A stretch of 64,000 nucleotides of DNA, taken from positions 17,042 through 81,041 of the forward strand of contig CBDFHC010000001.1 of NCBI GenBank assembly GCA_965247585.1, read 5' to 3'. Under the pieces are notes generated by a model. It searched no databases. It was given only the letters and a program-made list of their open reading frames with translations, and had not been told where the DNA came from. This document shows positions 61,024-64,000 of this stretch, piece by piece. Position 1 is the first letter of the stretch. Every line of letters begins with the position of its first letter. The DNA is from Dehalococcoidia bacterium (GTDB taxonomy: Bacteria; Chloroflexota; Dehalococcoidia; Lucifugimonadales; GCA-2712585). The position numbers and the translations under genes are program-made.

Positions 61024-63783
61024 CTAGGCGGGGGTGCGGCGGCGTTGGCGGCGGCCGGCCGGGTTGGCGTCTGAAGCGGGGTCTTCGATGCGGATGGCGC
61101 AGACCTTGTACTCGGGGATACGGGAGTTCGGGTCCAAGGCAGCGTTGGTGAGGAAGTTGGCGGCGTGTTGCTGGAGCTTGACGAAGGGGACGAAGACCTC
61201 GCCGGGACGCATTCGCTCAGAGTAGACGGCGCGGCCTTCCAGGGCGCCACGGCGGGAGGCAATTCGAATCCACTGTCCGTTTTCGACGCCGTACTTCTCG
61301 CCGTCCTCGGCGGCGATGGCGATTTCGAGCTCCGGCGCGCGGGCGAGGAGGGCCTCGGCGCGGCGGGTGATGGTGCCGCCGTGCCAGTGGTAGAGGATAC
61401 GGCCGGTGTTGAGGATGAGGGGGAACCGGCGGCTGGGCATCTCGGCGGCGGCGGGTCCCTGATCGAAGGGGACGAACCTGGCGCGGGGGCCACGGGGGAA
61501 GTCTTCGGCGTAGAGGTAGCGCGTGCCGGGGTGGTCCGGGGTGGGGCAGGGCCACTGGATGCCACCCTCGGCGTCCAGGCGCCGGTGGGAGATGCCGGAG
61601 ACGATGGGGGTGAGTACGGCCATTTCGTCCCATATCTGAGAGGCGTCCCGGTGGTTGAACTGACCTTCTAAGTCCAGGCCCAACTTACGGCTCATCCGGC
61701 GGGCCAGGTCACAGATTATTTCCCAGTCAGGGCGGCTGCCGCCGATGGGTTCGACGGCCTGACGGACGCGCTGGACGCGGCGCTCACTGTTGGTAAAGGT
61801 GCCTTCCTTCTCGGCGAAGGAGCAGGCGGGAAGAACGACGTCGGCGATTTCAGCGGTCTCGTGCATGAAGATGTCCTGGACGACCATGAACTCCAGGGCC
61901 TTGAAGGCGGCTTCGGCGTGGTGGAGGTCCGGCTCGCTGAGGAGGGGGTTCTCTCCGGTGATGTACATGGCCTTGACGCGGCCCTGGGTGATGGCGGGGA
62001 CCATGTCCGTGATGACGAGGCCGGGCTCCGGTGGCAGGGGTTGGTTGCCCCAGGCGGCCTGGAACTTGGCGAGGGAGGTCTCGTTGAGGGTCTGGTAGCC
62101 GGGGAAGGCGTTGGGGAGGCACCCGGCATCGCCGCAGCCCTGGACGTTGTTCTGGCCGCGCAGAGGGGAGATGCCGGAGCCGGGCTTGCCAAGCTGACCG
62201 GCGACGAGGGCGAGGTTGAGCAGGCCGTGGGCGTTGGCGGTGCCGTTGGTGTGCTGGGTGATGCCCATGCCCCAGACGAGGCAGGAGCCGCTGAATGGGG
62301 GCGCGGCGTAGATTCGGGCGGCGGCTGCGATGTCCGCCGCGGGGACGCCGGTAAGCTGCTCGGCGCGGTCCAGCGGGTAGGCGTCCACGACCTTACGCCA
62401 CTCTTCGAAGCCCTCGGTGCGGTTTTCGACGAAGGAGGCATCCAATAAGCCTTCGTCCAGGATGACCTTGGCCATGGCGTTGAGGAGGGCGACATCGGTT
62501 CCGGGGTGAGGGCGTAGCCAGAGGTCAGCGAAGTCGCACATTTCGATTCGGCGGGGATTGATGACGATGAGCCTGGCGCCTTTTTCGATGATGGCACGGC
62601 GCATGCGTGAGGCGGCGACGGGGTGATTCGAATTGGCGTCTGAACCGATGATGAGGATGCAGCCGGCCTCTTCGTAGTCGATATAGGAGTTGCTGGTGGC
62701 GCCGCTGCCGAGGGCGGTGAGCATGGCCTCCACTGAGGGAGCGTGGCAGAGGCGGGTGCAGTGGTCAATGTGGTTGGACTGCATGATGAGGCGGGCGAAC
62801 TTCTGCTGGATGTAGCCGTCCTCATTGGTGGCCTTGGCGGAGCAGAGGGTGGCGAAGGCGTCGCCGCGATACTGGGCCAGGCGGTCAGCGACGTAGTCCA
62901 GCGCCTCGTCCCAGGGGACTGAAACGAGGACGCCGTTGCGCCGCACCAGGGGCGAGGTGAGGCGGTCCTGGTGGTGGACGAAGGTGTAGCCGAAACGGCC
63001 CTTGACGCAGAGCATACCGACGCTGGACTGGTTGTCCGAGTCGTCGAGCACCTCGGCGATGCGTCCTTCGGGACTCACCTGGGCCTTGATGCCGCAGCCG
63101 ACGCCGCAGTAGGGGCAGGTGGTGGTGACGCTCTTGACGGCGGGTTTCTGTGGGGGCGCTTTGACGCTGATGGCGCCGGTGGGGCAGACGGAGAGGCACT
63201 GGCCGCAGGTGGTGCAGACGGACTCCATCAAGGGGCGGTCCATGAATGTGCCGATGCGAGCATCGGTCCCGGCGCCGAGGACGTCTATGGCGCCGATGAA
63301 TTGCGCGCCGTCCTGGCAGGCCTTGGCGCAGCGGCCGCAGAGGATGCAGGCGTCCATGGCGATGTTGAAGATGGGGTTGCTCTGGTCGACGGGCTGCCGG
63401 GGGCGAGGGTCCCATCGGGATGCGGCGACGCCGTGGCTTTCGGCGGCGGTGGTAAGGGCTTTGTAGCTTTTTGGACTGCTGCCGTTGTCGTCGCGGGGGA
63501 GCATGGCCATGGTGAGCTCCAAGACGCCGCGGCGGAGGTCGAGGAGCTCCGGGGTATCGGTGCGGACCTGCATGCCCTCGCGGACGGGGACGGAGCAGGA
63601 AGCGGGGAAGCCTCGCTGGCCTTCGACCTGGACCAGGCAGGTGCGGCAAGCGCCGATGGGCTTCATGTCCGGGTCTTTGCAGAGCTGTGGCACGGTGATG
63701 CCGGAGGCGTTGATGGCGTCAAGGACGGAAGCGCCGTCTGGCGCGGTGACGGGGCGGTTGTTAATGGTTAGGGTGGTGGGCAT
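61024..63783 (-). CDS. fdhA: Formate dehydrogenase alpha subunit, fused 2Fe-2S/4Fe-4S + molybdopterin type (Cys variant)
   Basis: 919 aa from ATG 63783. The N-terminal part is ..INNRPVTAPDGASVLDAINASGITVPQLCKDPDMKPIGACRTCLV.. (2Fe-2S), with CxxCxxCxxxCP ferredoxin motifs. The MopB core has ..HIDHCTRLCHAPSVEAM.., aligning with the ..RVUHGPSV.. active site of FdhF; here the codon is Cys, not TGA. Confidence 0.9.
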   Translation of the reverse strand: MPTTLTINNRPVTAPDGASVLDAINASGITVPQLCKDPDMKPIGACRTCLVQVEGQRGFPASCSVPVREGMQVRTDTPELLDLRRGVLELTMAMLPRDDNGSSPKSYKALTTAAESHGVAASRWDPRPRQPVDQSNPIFNIAMDACILCGRCAKACQDGAQFIGAIDVLGAGTDARIGTFMDRPLMESVCTTCGQCLSVCPTGAISVKAPPQKPAVKSVTTTCPYCGVGCGIKAQVSPEGRIAEVLDDSDNQSSVGMLCVKGRFGYTFVHHQDRLTSPLVRRNGVLVSVPWDEALDYVADRLAQYRGDAFATLCSAKATNEDGYIQQKFARLIMQSNHIDHCTRLCHAPSVEAMLTALGSGATSNSYIDYEEAGCILIIGSDANSNHPVAASRMRRAIIEKGARLIVINPRRIEMCDFADLWLRPHPGTDVALLNAMAKVILDEGLLDASFVENRTEGFEEWRKVVDAYPLDRAEQLTGVPAADIAAAARIYAAPPFSGSCLVWGMGITQHTNGTANAHGLLNLALVAGQLGKPGSGISPLRGQNNVQGCGDAGCLPNAFPGYQTLNETSLAKFQAAWGNQPLPPEPGLVITDMVPAITQGRVKAMYITGENPLLSEPDLHHAEAAFKALEFMVVQDIFMHETAEIADVVLPACSFAEKEGTFTNSERRVQRVRQAVEPIGGSRPDWEIICDLARRMSRKLGLDLEGQFNHRDASQIWDEMAVLTPIVSGISHRRLDAEGGIQWPCPTPDHPGTRYLYAEDFPRGPRARFVPFDQGPAAAEMPSRRFPLILNTGRILYHWHGGTITRRAEALLARAPELEIAIAAEDGEKYGVENGQWIRIASRRGALEGRAVYSERMRPGEVFVPFVKLQQHAANFLTNAALDPNSRIPEYKVCAIRIEDPASDANPAGRRQRRRTPA

Positions 63784-64000
63784 GGGGGATGTCCTTGGGT
63801 CCAGGCGTTCAAGTTGCCGTGAAGCGGTCCTCTCAAGCTCTACGCGGTAGTCCGCCACTTCTCGGTCAGTCTTTCCATTACCTGGTCCAAGGACTCGGTT
63901 GGCTCAGACTTTCGTTTAGCGATTAAAGCGAGCGCCTCAACAACTTCCATCAACTACTGATACTCCCTAATGGGAATGAGAATAGCGGTTTTCCGTCCTT

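Noticed and set aside
61024-63783. Expectation of a selenocysteine TGA in the formate dehydrogenase
   Set aside because: The ORF is uninterrupted, and the active-site column reads Cys (..CTRLCHAPSV..). This is a Cys-type enzyme and gives no support for Sec usage.
63840-63950. 36-codon minus-strand ORF (MEVVEALALIAKRKSEPTESLDQVMERLTEKWRTTA*) just upstream of fdhA
   Set aside because: It is too short, has no recognisable family or clear RBS, and the window ends 50 nt further on. It cannot be supported as a gene.

Overview
GC-rich bacterial chromosomal segment. SD-type RBSs, an OmpR/histidine-kinase pair, and FtsX- and Dpp-type ABC systems suggest a Chloroflexota-like (SAR202-type) heterotroph; the taxon is inference only.

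I can support about 45 protein genes:
- One complete and one window-truncated IS630 copy, flanking a decayed LamG gene.
- Two paralogous hydantoinase/oxoprolinase A+B pairs.
- Two amidase-signature enzymes, each with a ~65-aa GatC/AtzG-like partner ORF.
- Gfo/Idh/MocA, SDR, LLM (F420-type), MmgE/PrpD, NHL-propeller, CapA-like, SRPBCC, Tag and USP genes.
- An MsbA-like exporter.
- Two Dpp/Opp-type SBP plus two-permease modules with no ATPase genes.
- A four-gene ABC system with two ~1100-aa double-FtsX permeases and two ATPases.
- An OmpR-type regulator, a sensor kinase and a decaying REC-membrane hybrid.
- A Cys-type fused formate dehydrogenase alpha subunit.
- An AhpD/CMD-family gene with an in-frame TGA exactly at the CxxC position.
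- An orphan archaellin-like gene with a class III signal peptide.

I found no rRNA, tRNA or CRISPR.

The most unusual property is non-coding. Almost every intergenic gap (22 loci, roughly 10 kb by my hand-drawn borders) is filled by one mosaic family of hairpin-rich repeat modules:
- A: ..GCGAATCACAGGTTGGTGGTGCCCACCC..CCGCCCCGGAAGGTTT..TTTCTGAGGGACACCCTCAGACTCCCGGCAG + variable hairpin + CTCTGGACTCCCC..
- B: ..GGTAGGACTTGCTCTCCCC..CACCCAGATTCTTCGATCCTCACGGGCGGACTCAGAATGACATGGTGGGG
- C: ATGCCGGTTG..CCGGCACCACCAGGGATGAAAATC.AGGCTGG
- D: GGTATGGGCTCGTCCTTCGAGAGCCTCAGGATGAGCGGGTTGGAGGCGTAGGAGGCT
- E: CATTTTCATAGGAATGACATG...ATGAAG.AACGTGACCGGAGCCATGGAAGCGGGCTGAGGCGCTATTTGCGAGGCAATCAGCCATGGCGATGGG

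The modules are shuffled and locally amplified into tandem arrays. Every copy I could recognise lies in the same orientation, whatever the direction of the flanking genes.

Limits: everything was done by eye from the sequence and the ORF track. Repeat borders are approximate (+/-10-20 bp). Start codons were chosen by RBS and homology logic. Family calls are motif-level recognitions, not searches.
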